Origin: an uncultured Woeseia sp.
Lineage (GTDB): Bacteria > Pseudomonadota > Gammaproteobacteria > Steroidobacterales > UBA11654
Direction: 5' to 3'
Assembly: GCA_964629335.1 (NCBI GenBank)
Contig: CAZVRH010000003.1
Coordinates: forward strand, 6,212-70,211
DNA length: 64,000 bases
Shown: positions 47,514 to 57,290 of the stretch, one piece after another
Layout: every line of letters starts with the position of its first letter
How positions within the stretch are numbered: the stretch's first letter is position 1
The notes under the pieces: generated by a model
Database searches by the model: none
The model's input: the letters and a program-made list of their open reading frames with translations, nothing else
What the model was told of the DNA's origin: nothing
Made by a program: the position numbers and the translations under genes

Positions 47514-48118
47514 TCTTGGTTTTCTTTTTCGAGGTCTATTCGATGATGGATGGGGCTTGATTTAGGTATATAACCCAACAAGAAGTCCATTTGATCTGCG
47601 AGAATGTTTCTTCCTTGAAGATAAATGTATTCTGCATAATTTGGCACAAAAGGTATTGCTAATAATTCAATCTTTGCTTGCTCAGGCGTTCTACCTCCCT
47701 TGTGATGATTGCATCGCTTGCAGGCTGAGACAACATTATTCCATTCGTCTCTGCCTCCTTGGCTGATTGGAGTGATATGATCTCTTGTCAGCTCTCGTTT
47801 ATTATATTGAGCCCCACAATACATACATAAATAACTATCCCGCTTAAACAATGTTTGATTATTAAGTGGCGGAGTATACCGACTCATTTTTTCTTGAAAA
47901 TGCTTAGTCCTACCATACGTCGCAATAATGGAGTTAACGGTTATTGAGCTTTGTACTCCAGAAGCTGCATTTATACCGCCGTATATGGTATATAAATCAT
48001 TCCCTAATGTGTAAACAACTTGATCTACTGCGTATAGCTTCACTGCCTCTTTGTAATCCACCCATTCTAATGGCAGTCCCGTTGTGTCAACCCTGAGTGT
48101 TTGATGATAATTATTCAT
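47501..48118 (-). CDS. HNH endonuclease-domain protein
   Basis: CMYCG...DHITPISQGGRDEWNNVVSACKRCNHHKG is an HNH / zinc-ribbon core. ATG at 48118. The 3' end overlaps the kinase start by 13 nt. Confidence 0.7.
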   Translation of the reverse strand: MNNYHQTLRVDTTGLPLEWVDYKEAVKLYAVDQVVYTLGNDLYTIYGGINAASGVQSSITVNSIIATYGRTKHFQEKMSRYTPPLNNQTLFKRDSYLCMYCGAQYNKRELTRDHITPISQGGRDEWNNVVSACKRCNHHKGGRTPEQAKIELLAIPFVPNYAEYIYLQGRNILADQMDFLLGYIPKSSPIHHRIDLEKENQDCLN

Positions 48119-48219
48119 AACTGTTTTTATTTTCCTAATAATATTAAACAATTTTTACAGAAATAAAATTGATAATGATGCTCTTGCCAAGAGAATTAAT
48201 TAAGAAGAGGTATAGAATT

Positions 48220-49638
48220 TTAGCTTTTAAACTCGGCAACTAGGGCTGTAATAGAGTCCTTGGCATCACCAAAAAGCATTCTTGTATTGTTTTTAAAAAA
48301 CAATGGGTTTTCAATTCCTGCGAAACCTGAAGCCATCGATCTTTTGAGAACAAACGTTGTCCTTGCTTTATCAACATCAATGATTGGCATTCCATATATC
48401 GGACTTTGTTCGTCTTCTCTAGCAGCTGGGTTAACTACATCGTTTGCACCAATAACAATACACACATCCACCGATTCAATAATTGAGTTAATATCTTCTG
48501 GCTCAATCAATTGGTCATAAGGAACATTTGCTTCTGCCAATAATACGTTCATATGGCCTGGCATTCTTCCGGCCACGGGGTGGATTACATATTGTACTGT
48601 TGTTCCGTTGCCTTCTAATAATTCGCCTAATTCTCTGACAGCATGTTGTGCTTGGGCAACCGCCATGCCGTACCCCGGAACAATAGACACAGAAGAAGCG
48701 GCTTCCAATATCAGGTAAGCATCTTCTGTAACAATTGGTTTGACTTCACCCTGTTCTTTGTCGTCTGTTCCTGATGCAACCACAGCCCCAAAACCACTAA
48801 ACAAGACATTTGCTAAAGACCTATTCATGGCTTTACACATGATGTTCGTCAGGATTAAGCCGCTTGCTCCAACCAGAGCGCCAGCCACTATTAGAACATT
48901 ATTTTCAATAACAAAGCCTGCTGCACAAGCCGCTAATCCTGAGTAACTATTCAACAATGCAATAACTACCGGCATGTCGGCGCCGCCTATTGGGATTACC
49001 AAAAGTATGCCCAACAAAAAAGACATGCCTACGATCGCCACCAGAACTTGCCAATTTAAAGAAAAAACAAGGCCTTGGTTTAAAATCATCTCTGCCCCCA
49101 AAAACAGAAGCAAAGCAAACAACAATCCATTTATCCATTGTTGTCCTTTATATAAAACAGGGTTTCCGTTCATTCGTCCAGAAAGCTTGCCATAAGCAAT
49201 AATACTGCCTGTAAAAGTTAGCCCTCCTATTACCACGGTAAAAAATATAGGGATCAAGATTCCCAAACTATTGCTGCCAGACAGAATATACTCTGCTGAT
49301 CCAACAAGCAGGCTAGCGATTCCACCAAATCCGTTAAAAACAGCAACCATTTCTGGCATTGATGTCATTTCAACTTTTAAAGCAGCAAACGCACCAATTG
49401 ATGCTCCTAAGAATATAGCTATAAAAATTGACTGAAAGTTAATAACACTTTGATCCAATAGGGTCACTATGACTGCAATCAGCATACCAAGGGCTGAAAT
49501 TAAATTACCTTTAGTGGCTGTTTCGGGTGAGCTCAACATTTTCAAGCCAGTTATGAAAAGCACTGAGGATAAGATATAAATAAAGTTAACCAGTGCTTCA
49601 TTAGCGGTTGAGGAAAAAATTGTATTAAAAAATTCCAT
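48220..49638 (-). CDS. pntB: NAD(P) transhydrogenase beta subunit
   Basis: 472 aa. Membrane domain plus the dIII NADP(H)-binding domain (GYGMAVAQAQH...HPVAGRMPGHMNVLLAEA). Confidence 0.9.
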   Translation of the reverse strand: MEFFNTIFSSTANEALVNFIYILSSVLFITGLKMLSSPETATKGNLISALGMLIAVIVTLLDQSVINFQSIFIAIFLGASIGAFAALKVEMTSMPEMVAVFNGFGGIASLLVGSAEYILSGSNSLGILIPIFFTVVIGGLTFTGSIIAYGKLSGRMNGNPVLYKGQQWINGLLFALLLFLGAEMILNQGLVFSLNWQVLVAIVGMSFLLGILLVIPIGGADMPVVIALLNSYSGLAACAAGFVIENNVLIVAGALVGASGLILTNIMCKAMNRSLANVLFSGFGAVVASGTDDKEQGEVKPIVTEDAYLILEAASSVSIVPGYGMAVAQAQHAVRELGELLEGNGTTVQYVIHPVAGRMPGHMNVLLAEANVPYDQLIEPEDINSIIESVDVCIVIGANDVVNPAAREDEQSPIYGMPIIDVDKARTTFVLKRSMASGFAGIENPLFFKNNTRMLFGDAKDSITALVAEFKS

Positions 49639-49926
49639 CTACTTTTTTTTGAACATGCTTAGCATTCTGTTTGTAACCAAATAGCCGCCAACAACGTTAA
49701 CCGTGGCAAAAAAAACAGCTAACATCCCCAATATAAAAGTAATTTCTGAATCAACTGCCTCTGCTCTTGATGTGAGAATCGCTCCAACAATGGTGATACC
49801 AGAAATTGCATTTGCTCCAGACATTAACGGTGTGTGTAAAGTTGAGGGTACTTTTGAAATCAGCTCAAAACCTAAAAAAATAGATAGCACCAAAACAAAC
49901 AACAACAAAATAAATGTTGGCTCCAT
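49639..49926 (-). CDS. pntAB: NAD(P) transhydrogenase alpha subunit, membrane part (alpha-2)
   Basis: 95 aa and 3 TM segments. It abuts pntB and pntAA with no gap. Confidence 0.85.
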   Translation of the reverse strand: MEPTFILLLFVLVLSIFLGFELISKVPSTLHTPLMSGANAISGITIVGAILTSRAEAVDSEITFILGMLAVFFATVNVVGGYLVTNRMLSMFKKK

Positions 49927-51057
49927 TTAATTCTCTCCCTTATTTAACAGTGGGCCGACTGCGTCACCATTATGAGAAACAACGCACCCGGATAAGATTT
50001 CATCACCAATATCAATGTTCATAATCTCGTTTTCTTTGTCCCAAAACTCCTCAATCATGTTGTAAAGATTATTAGCGTATACTTGGCTTGCGTCTTCGGC
50101 TACCGAGGCAGGTAGGTTATCATTACCAACAATAAACACCCCGTTTGAAACTGCTGTTTCTCCTCTAATCGAGCCCTCTACATTTCCCCCTGTGCCGACA
50201 GCCATATCGACAATAACACTACCCGGTTGCATTGCGTTAATCATATCTTGAGTAATAATCAAAGGGGCTTTTTTTCCAAAAACTTGGGCTGTTGTAATAA
50301 TAATATCAGAACGACTGCAAGCCTTAATCATTCCTTGCCTCTGTAGCTCAAGTTGCTCTGGGCTTAATTCTTTGGCATAACCTTGTTCTGTTTCTTCTAG
50401 TTCGCCGATATCAATTTTTACAAACTTAGCTCCCAATGAAAGAACTTGCTCCTCAACAGTTGGTCGTGTATCAAATGCCTCCACCCTTGCACCAAGGCGT
50501 TTAGCGGTTGCAATTGCTTGGAGCCCGGCCACACCGACCCCAACAATAAAAACTTTAGCTGGAGAAATAGTTCCAGCTGGAGTCATCATCATTGGAAAAA
50601 CTTTATCTATTTTTTTTGCGGCCTCTATAACCGCTGCATATCCACCAAGGCTAGCTTGCGAACTAAGCGCATCCATTTTTTGGGCTCTAGTTACTCTTGG
50701 AACTAGCTCCATACTAATAGCAGTAACTGACTGTTTAACAAATTTGTCTATCAAGTCTTTTTGGTTAAAAGGATCAAGAAAACTTATGTGTATTGCATTA
50801 TTTTTAAGGTGTTTGATTTCTTCTGTATTAGGCACATTAAGACGGCAAACAATGTCTGCATTAGAGAGTGCTTCAATACGGTTTTTTGTTATTTTAGCCC
50901 CTGCTTCAACATAAACATCGTCATTTAATGACACTGTTTCTCCAACACCTTCTTCAACAAAAACAGTAAGTTTGAGAGCAACAAGCTTTTGAACCACCGA
51001 TGGCACTATCGATGTTCTTAGCTCGTCTTGTTGTTCTTTTGGAAAAAAGATTTTCAT
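49927..51057 (-). CDS. pntAA: NAD(P) transhydrogenase alpha subunit, soluble dI part (alpha-1)
   Basis: Alanine-dehydrogenase-like fold with VFIVGVGVAGLQAIATAKRLGA. 376 aa. Confidence 0.9.
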   Translation of the reverse strand: MKIFFPKEQQDELRTSIVPSVVQKLVALKLTVFVEEGVGETVSLNDDVYVEAGAKITKNRIEALSNADIVCRLNVPNTEEIKHLKNNAIHISFLDPFNQKDLIDKFVKQSVTAISMELVPRVTRAQKMDALSSQASLGGYAAVIEAAKKIDKVFPMMMTPAGTISPAKVFIVGVGVAGLQAIATAKRLGARVEAFDTRPTVEEQVLSLGAKFVKIDIGELEETEQGYAKELSPEQLELQRQGMIKACSRSDIIITTAQVFGKKAPLIITQDMINAMQPGSVIVDMAVGTGGNVEGSIRGETAVSNGVFIVGNDNLPASVAEDASQVYANNLYNMIEEFWDKENEIMNIDIGDEILSGCVVSHNGDAVGPLLNKGEN

Positions 51058-51162
51058 TTAGCTATAAACCTAAGCTGCTTAACTTCTGAGAGGAAGATAT
51101 ATTGACAGAAATCAGATGTCAAGATTGAAAAAAAATACAGGGTTTATGATATCCTCAAGCCT

Positions 51163-52275
51163 ATGTTTACTGAGTTTGAAATGGAAAGATTTCAGTCTCT
51201 ATATGAGAACGAAGTTGAATACAATCTGAGTGATAGCGGCAATCATCCGCTATCAATAAGAGATCTTTTAGATGAAGATGAAATTGAGAAATTTTTAGCC
51301 ATGGAGATATATTATGGTTATACCCAAGGTGATCCTCGTCTACTTGAAGTCATAAAAAATTGGTATCCCAACACCAGCGAATCAAATATATTGCTAACCA
51401 ATGGATCTGCGGAAGCTAATTTTATTATGGCTTGGACTTTAATAAAACCAGGTGATGAGGTGGTTCTAGCGCTTCCAAACTATATGCAGCTCCCTGGTTT
51501 AGCTAAAAACTTTGGAGCCAAAATAAAGACCATAAACCTCAAAGAAGAGTTAGGTTGGCATCTTGACCTAAATGAATTAAAAGATCTGGTTAGCCCTGAC
51601 ACCAAATTAATTTCAATCTGTAATCCCAATAATCCAACCGGTTCTGTTATGAGCGACGACGAAATGTCTGGAATTGCAGAAATTGCAAGATTGAATGACG
51701 CCTATGTGCACTCTGACGAAGTATATCGAGGCTCTGAGCTTGACGGTGATGAAACCAAAAGTTTCATAAGCTTCTACGAAAAAGCCATAGTTAGTTGTGG
51801 TCTATCCAAATCTTTTGCGCACCCAGGATTGAGAATCGGGTGGCTGGTGAGCAGTGAGGAGTTAGTCAAAGAGATGTGGGCACGCAAGGATTATTCCTCA
51901 ATATGTGCCTCGGTTTTATCTCAAGAAATAGCATTAAAAATCATGGCTGTAGCCTCAAGAAAAAAAGTGTTATCTAGATCTAGTAAAATGTTGAAAGAAA
52001 GTTTGCGTCTCTTTGAATCGTGGCTGGATAGCCATGACGGGTTGTTTACGTTTGTTCCGCCAAAGGCAGGTGGCATGGCTTTTGTTGGATATAAAATGGA
52101 TGTTAACAGCATGGAGTTCGCACATAAACTTAGAACCGAGCAAAGTGTTTTAATTGTGCCTGGTGACTGTTATGGCATGGATGGATTTATGAGGTTTGGT
52201 ATAGGCTCCGAAGCCGAATATTTATCTGAGGGTTTAGGTCGAGTAAGTAACGGTATAAAGTCTTTAGGGTATTGA
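51163..52275 (+). CDS. Class I/II pyridoxal-phosphate-dependent aminotransferase
   Basis: NPNNPTG and the PLP-lysine context SCGLSKSFAHPGLRIGW. Confidence 0.75.
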   Translation: MFTEFEMERFQSLYENEVEYNLSDSGNHPLSIRDLLDEDEIEKFLAMEIYYGYTQGDPRLLEVIKNWYPNTSESNILLTNGSAEANFIMAWTLIKPGDEVVLALPNYMQLPGLAKNFGAKIKTINLKEELGWHLDLNELKDLVSPDTKLISICNPNNPTGSVMSDDEMSGIAEIARLNDAYVHSDEVYRGSELDGDETKSFISFYEKAIVSCGLSKSFAHPGLRIGWLVSSEELVKEMWARKDYSSICASVLSQEIALKIMAVASRKKVLSRSSKMLKESLRLFESWLDSHDGLFTFVPPKAGGMAFVGYKMDVNSMEFAHKLRTEQSVLIVPGDCYGMDGFMRFGIGSEAEYLSEGLGRVSNGIKSLGY

Positions 52276-54257
52276 GTACCGCCTTCTTAAATGTTGCTCT
52301 TCAAACCCCTGTTGATACTCTTTTTGACTATACAATAAACACAACCTCAAAAATAAAACCCAAAGTTGGGCAGCGTGTGTTGGTTCCGTTTGGAAAAAAC
52401 AAAAAGTTGGGTTTTATTCATTCTATTAGTAAAAGCTCTGTTGTGAACAACAATAAACTAAAACCCTTTTTAGAAATTATTGATGAGGAACCAATAATTG
52501 ATACAAAAACGAGAGCTATAATTGACTGGTGCTCCAATTATTATCATTACCCAATTGGAAGCATTTATGCCGGAGCGGTTCCAAAGTACCTTAGAGAGTC
52601 TAAGTACCCAAAAGAACTAGAGAGCTTATTATTTAGCGGGGTTTTGGAAAAAAGAAAAAGCTTAACCAGTACTCAGAAAGCTGCCTTAACCCAATGCGAA
52701 AAACACCTAAACAAGAATCGAGTTGTTCTGCTTAACGGAGTTACCGGAAGCGGAAAAACTGAAATATATATGAGACTAATAGAAAGGGAGCTATCGCAAG
52801 GCAACCAAGCCTTGTTCTTAGTGCCTGAAATTGGATTAACCCCTCAGGTTTCATTTGTTTTAACAGATCGTTTTGGTGATATGGTAAATATTTTACATTC
52901 TGGAACAAGCCCAAAACAAAGAGCTAAAATATGGCTTGGGGCACAACAAGGTAAAATACAGCTGGTGGTAGGAACAAGATCTGCGATTTTCACCCCTTTT
53001 TCATCTCTAGGAATTATCGTGGTTGATGAAGAGCACGACCAATCTTACAAGCAACAAAACGGGCTAATGTATTCAGCAAGAGACTTGGCGGTAGTAAAAA
53101 CAAAAGAACATGGTTCACGATTGGTTTTGGGTTCAGCTACACCTTCTTTTGAGACTCTATACAATACAGAAACTAAAAAATATTGGTCTGTTGAAATGAG
53201 CCAACAGGTTTTTTCCACCCCTGCGCCCGAAACAAAAATTATAGATCTACGGGTTCATCAAACAAACAAGGGTTTAGCTCAACCTCTGATTAATCACATC
53301 AAATCTCAACTCAAACAAAACAAACAAATCTTAGTCTACCTAAACAGGAGAGGTTATGCGCCACTAACCATGTGCCGCGAATGCGGGCACATAGAAGAGT
53401 GTCCTAGATGTGATAGTAGTTTGGTGTTACATAAAAAAAACATGTTTTTAAAATGCCATCACTGTGTTTTTGAAAAACCTGCTCCTGATTCATGCAATCT
53501 CTGTGATTCAGAGAATATTGTTTTAGGGAAAGGCACACAAAAGATCGAAGAACGCTTACAAGAAGAATTTCCTAAAGAGGTTATTTTAAGGATAGATCGC
53601 GACTCAACACGCTCCATAAAAAAAAGGGAGGCTGTTTTTGAGTCAGCGCGCAGTGGAAAGGCTAAAATCCTAATAGGAACACAAATGTTAACCAAGGGGC
53701 ATGATTTTCCAAGCTTATCAATGGTGGCTATAGTAAACGCTGATCAAGGCATGTTTGGCAGTGATTTTAGGAGTGGAGAGAGGTTTGCCCAGCATTTTTT
53801 TCAAGCCTCTGGTCGTGCTGGCAGAAGAGGTGAAAGAGGCTTGGTCGTAATACAAACAAACAACCCTGACAACTTTTTACTTAAAGAGATTATAAATAAG
53901 GATTATAAGTCTTTTTACTTGAACGCAATTAAAGAAAGAAAGGACAGATGGCCCCCTTACAATGGGGCTGCTTTAATAAGAGCCGAGTCAACAAAGAAAA
54001 CAAGGGTGTTTAATTTTTTATCTAAAATAACTGCCTTTGGTGGCTCTATACCCAAGAACTCAACAATAATTTTAGGTCCTGTCTCTTCTCCAATAGAAAG
54101 AAAACTGGGAAAATACAGGGGCCAAATATTACTATTGAACACAAACAAAAAGGAACTACACAACACTATAAATAAAGTTTGTTTGTTTTTAGAAAAAAAT
54201 AAGGGCAATAATATGATCAAATGGCAAATTGATGTAGACCCTCTGGATATGTCCTAA
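52272..54257 (+). CDS. priA: Primosomal replication-restart helicase PriA
   Basis: GVTGSGKTE (Walker A), VVDEEHD, and the Cys-rich zinc-binding insert CRECGHIEECPRCDS...CHHC...CNLC. The TTG start overlaps the preceding stop (TTGA). Confidence 0.85.
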   Translation: MSTAFLNVALQTPVDTLFDYTINTTSKIKPKVGQRVLVPFGKNKKLGFIHSISKSSVVNNNKLKPFLEIIDEEPIIDTKTRAIIDWCSNYYHYPIGSIYAGAVPKYLRESKYPKELESLLFSGVLEKRKSLTSTQKAALTQCEKHLNKNRVVLLNGVTGSGKTEIYMRLIERELSQGNQALFLVPEIGLTPQVSFVLTDRFGDMVNILHSGTSPKQRAKIWLGAQQGKIQLVVGTRSAIFTPFSSLGIIVVDEEHDQSYKQQNGLMYSARDLAVVKTKEHGSRLVLGSATPSFETLYNTETKKYWSVEMSQQVFSTPAPETKIIDLRVHQTNKGLAQPLINHIKSQLKQNKQILVYLNRRGYAPLTMCRECGHIEECPRCDSSLVLHKKNMFLKCHHCVFEKPAPDSCNLCDSENIVLGKGTQKIEERLQEEFPKEVILRIDRDSTRSIKKREAVFESARSGKAKILIGTQMLTKGHDFPSLSMVAIVNADQGMFGSDFRSGERFAQHFFQASGRAGRRGERGLVVIQTNNPDNFLLKEIINKDYKSFYLNAIKERKDRWPPYNGAALIRAESTKKTRVFNFLSKITAFGGSIPKNSTIILGPVSSPIERKLGKYRGQILLLNTNKKELHNTINKVCLFLEKNKGNNMIKWQIDVDPLDMS

Positions 54258-54266
54258 CTAAAAAAA

Positions 54267-56006
54267 ATGAAACCTGAGCTCAAACAATTATTACAAGCTT
54301 CGATAGAAGATAGCGGCCTATTGAAAAAAAGCGCTGCCAAAAATACCAATATCGAAGTTAGCCGAGCCACCACATCGGATCACGGAGATTTCTCGTCAAA
54401 TATTGCTCTAAAACTTAGTCGTGAACTCAACCTAGCACCAACGGAAATTGCTCACACTATAGTCAAGACAATAAAAAGCCCGGTATGGCTTAAACAAATA
54501 GAGGTTGCTCCCCCGGGCTTTATTAACTTCTTCGTTGATGACAGAACAAAATCAGATCTATTGGCCTCCATCCTTGAACAAAAAAATGCTTATGGGGCGC
54601 TTCCCCTTGGTTCCCAAAAATCCATTCTCTTGGAGTTTGTTTCTTCAAACCCAACCGGACCTTTGCATGTGGGGCACGGTAGACATGCCGCTTACGGCGA
54701 CTCTCTGGCAAATATCCTAAGAAAAGCGGGGCACACTGTTATCTCTGAATATTATATTAATGACTCAGGCAGACAAGTTGACATCCTTGCTTTAAGTGTT
54801 GTGGTTGGTTTGATAAATAAAACAAAACCTTTGTTGAAAACTCCTCAAGCCTGCTATCAAGGCCCTTACATCAAGAAGTTACTGGCCACGATTCCCGAAA
54901 AAACAACCAAAGAAATTAATAAACTGGTTACCTCAGATTTGAAAGTTGTTGAGAAAGACAAAGATAAACAAGCAGACGCTTTGATTTCAATAATTAAAAA
55001 CTCTATTGGTGAATCCGTTTTTGAACAGTTAGCAGAAACTGTTGTTGAAAGAATGCTAAACATCATAAAATCTGACCTAGAAGGTTTTGGGGTGGTTTTT
55101 GATCACTGGATTTCAGAAAAATCTATGATTAAGGACTCTAAGATTAATAACGCCTTAGATTTGCTGAGCACAAAAAAAGCTTTGTTTGAGAAAGACGGTG
55201 CCACCTGGTTAAAAACAACTGTGCACGGCGACGATAAAGACAGGGTGGTCTTAAGAGAAGACGGAAGAAGCACCTATTTTGCCTCTGATATTGCTTACCA
55301 TGCAGACAAAAAAGAAAGAGGGTTTGAGCTTCTAATAAATATTCTTGGTTCAGACCACCATGGATATATAAAACGACTAAAGAGCGGTCTTGCCTCGATG
55401 GGTTTTAACCCAAAAGATCTTGAAGTAATTCTCATGCAGTTTGTGACGCTCTATAGAGGAAAAAAGAAGATACAAATGTCTACAAGATCCGGGGATTTTG
55501 TTCCAATGAGAGACCTCTATGAGGAGGTTGGTGTCGATGCGGCGAGGTTTTTCTATGTTAGCAGGTCGTTTGATCAGCATTTAGACTTTGACCTGGAGCT
55601 AGCAAAAGAAGAAAGCAATAAAAACCCCGTTTATTATATTCAATACGCCAATGCACGAATCTCCAGCGTGTTGGGTGAAATACAAAACAAAGGCTATAAA
55701 AACGATTTATCGTTAGGGTTAGAGTTTGTTGGCTCACTTAAAAGTAAACATGAATCTGAATTGATCTCTATGCTACAAAACTACCCCGAGATAATAAAAA
55801 AATCAGCCGAACAAAGATCTGTGCATAAATTATGTAACTACTTAAAAGAAATCGCACAAATCTTCCACTCTTATTATGGATCACAAAAATTTATCCTTAA
55901 GGATGATCAAATGAGAAACGCTAGGGTTGTTTTGTTGTGCTGTATTTCGATAGTTGTTCAAGACGGGTTAAAACTTCTTGGGGTTTCTTCTCCCTCTAAA
56001 ATGTAA
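54267..56006 (+). CDS. argS: Arginine--tRNA ligase
   Basis: SSNPTGPLHVGHGRHA (HIGH) and the MSTRSG (KMSKS-like) motif. 579 aa. Confidence 0.95.
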   Translation: MKPELKQLLQASIEDSGLLKKSAAKNTNIEVSRATTSDHGDFSSNIALKLSRELNLAPTEIAHTIVKTIKSPVWLKQIEVAPPGFINFFVDDRTKSDLLASILEQKNAYGALPLGSQKSILLEFVSSNPTGPLHVGHGRHAAYGDSLANILRKAGHTVISEYYINDSGRQVDILALSVVVGLINKTKPLLKTPQACYQGPYIKKLLATIPEKTTKEINKLVTSDLKVVEKDKDKQADALISIIKNSIGESVFEQLAETVVERMLNIIKSDLEGFGVVFDHWISEKSMIKDSKINNALDLLSTKKALFEKDGATWLKTTVHGDDKDRVVLREDGRSTYFASDIAYHADKKERGFELLINILGSDHHGYIKRLKSGLASMGFNPKDLEVILMQFVTLYRGKKKIQMSTRSGDFVPMRDLYEEVGVDAARFFYVSRSFDQHLDFDLELAKEESNKNPVYYIQYANARISSVLGEIQNKGYKNDLSLGLEFVGSLKSKHESELISMLQNYPEIIKKSAEQRSVHKLCNYLKEIAQIFHSYYGSQKFILKDDQMRNARVVLLCCISIVVQDGLKLLGVSSPSKM

Positions 56007-56009
56007 GAG

Positions 56010-57290
56010 CTAGTTTTTCTTTTTTTTGTAATCGATATCAAGAGACTGGAGTTTTCTGTAAAGGTTTGTTCTCTCCATGTTAACCCTTCGTGATAACTCA
56101 CTTATTTTTCCTCCTACTAACTCCAGTTGTCTTGATAAAAAAGCTCTCTCAAATTGTTGTTTAGCGTCCTTCATGCTCAGCGTCATAATATTGCTCTCGA
56201 TCAACAAATTTCCCCCAGGGCCTTGCAGTGTTAAGGTTTCTTCAATCTCCTCTACATTGACAATCTCTTTATCTTTTCTGAGCAGTAGCGCGTGCACCAT
56301 ATCTATAAGTTGTCTTATGTTTCCTGGCCAAGAGTATTTGGTCAGCATGTTTTGTGCTGCCAAGCTAAACCTTCTATAAGCAAGCCCTTCGTTTTCACTG
56401 AAATATTCGACGCACAGATCTAATAATTCAGGAACATCGTGCAGATATCTTCTTAATGGGGGAACATTTATGTTCTGGCTATTAGCGGATGAAAAACTGG
56501 CCATGAGTTCTTCGTCATTGAGGCTTATATAGAACTGGAAACCATCATTAAAATAATTTTTTATGGTTTTTACCGCCTCCTCTTGAAGAGAACCTCTTAA
56601 AAGGTGGAGACCCTCTATAAAAATCCCTGCGTTTTTTAATCGGCCAATATGTTTATCAAGCTCTAAATAAAACACCTCAGGTTCTTTATGGTCCACAGCA
56701 AGTAAGTTTAGCTGCAAGACATAAAAGTTAGTGTACTGCTTGTATTTCCTAAAATGTAAATATTTAGACCAGCCTTCTTTTTCGGTGCCGTCTTCACCAA
56801 TCAAAAAAACAATGTCGTCTCCTATTTTCTCAACAATTGTGGCTTTAAAAATATCAGAGAACTTTTTACTGTTTTGTATTATGTAGGCCAAAATATTTTG
56901 TTGTTCTTGATGTTCTGCCTCCAAAAAAACAGTCTCTACTGTGTTAAGCAGCCTCTCAATTGAAATTGGTTTTTCAATAAAATCTAGTGCCCCGAGCTTT
57001 GTTGCCTCTATCGCTGTTTCTATGGTTGCGTGTCCAGAGATCATGATCACTGGGAACCTTTTTGCTTCTTCTGATGACCATTGTTTTAATAAGCTAACCC
57101 CATCTTGGTCTGGCATCCATATATCTAGGAACACCAGATCTGGTGAATGAGTTAATGCAAGCTTTTTGGCTTCCTCTGCTGACGCAGCTGTTAATGTTTT
57201 GTAGCCCTCGTCATTAAGTATCTCTTTTATGATATTCCTTATTTCGGCTTCATCATCAACAACCAAAATTAATTTTTGTTTTTTATTCAT
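56010..57290 (-). CDS. ntrX: NtrX-like response regulator: receiver + degenerate AAA+ (sigma-54-activator-like) + Fis-type HTH
   Basis: The REC domain is intact (DDE, FLDIWMPD, KP). The central domain has GEDGTEKE in place of GESGTGKE, no GAFTGA, and IFIEG in place of LFLDE, but keeps PPLRR and WPGNIRQL. The C-terminal HTH is ISELSRRVNMERTNLYRKL. Confidence 0.75.
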   Translation of the reverse strand: MNKKQKLILVVDDEAEIRNIIKEILNDEGYKTLTAASAEEAKKLALTHSPDLVFLDIWMPDQDGVSLLKQWSSEEAKRFPVIMISGHATIETAIEATKLGALDFIEKPISIERLLNTVETVFLEAEHQEQQNILAYIIQNSKKFSDIFKATIVEKIGDDIVFLIGEDGTEKEGWSKYLHFRKYKQYTNFYVLQLNLLAVDHKEPEVFYLELDKHIGRLKNAGIFIEGLHLLRGSLQEEAVKTIKNYFNDGFQFYISLNDEELMASFSSANSQNINVPPLRRYLHDVPELLDLCVEYFSENEGLAYRRFSLAAQNMLTKYSWPGNIRQLIDMVHALLLRKDKEIVNVEEIEETLTLQGPGGNLLIESNIMTLSMKDAKQQFERAFLSRQLELVGGKISELSRRVNMERTNLYRKLQSLDIDYKKKKN

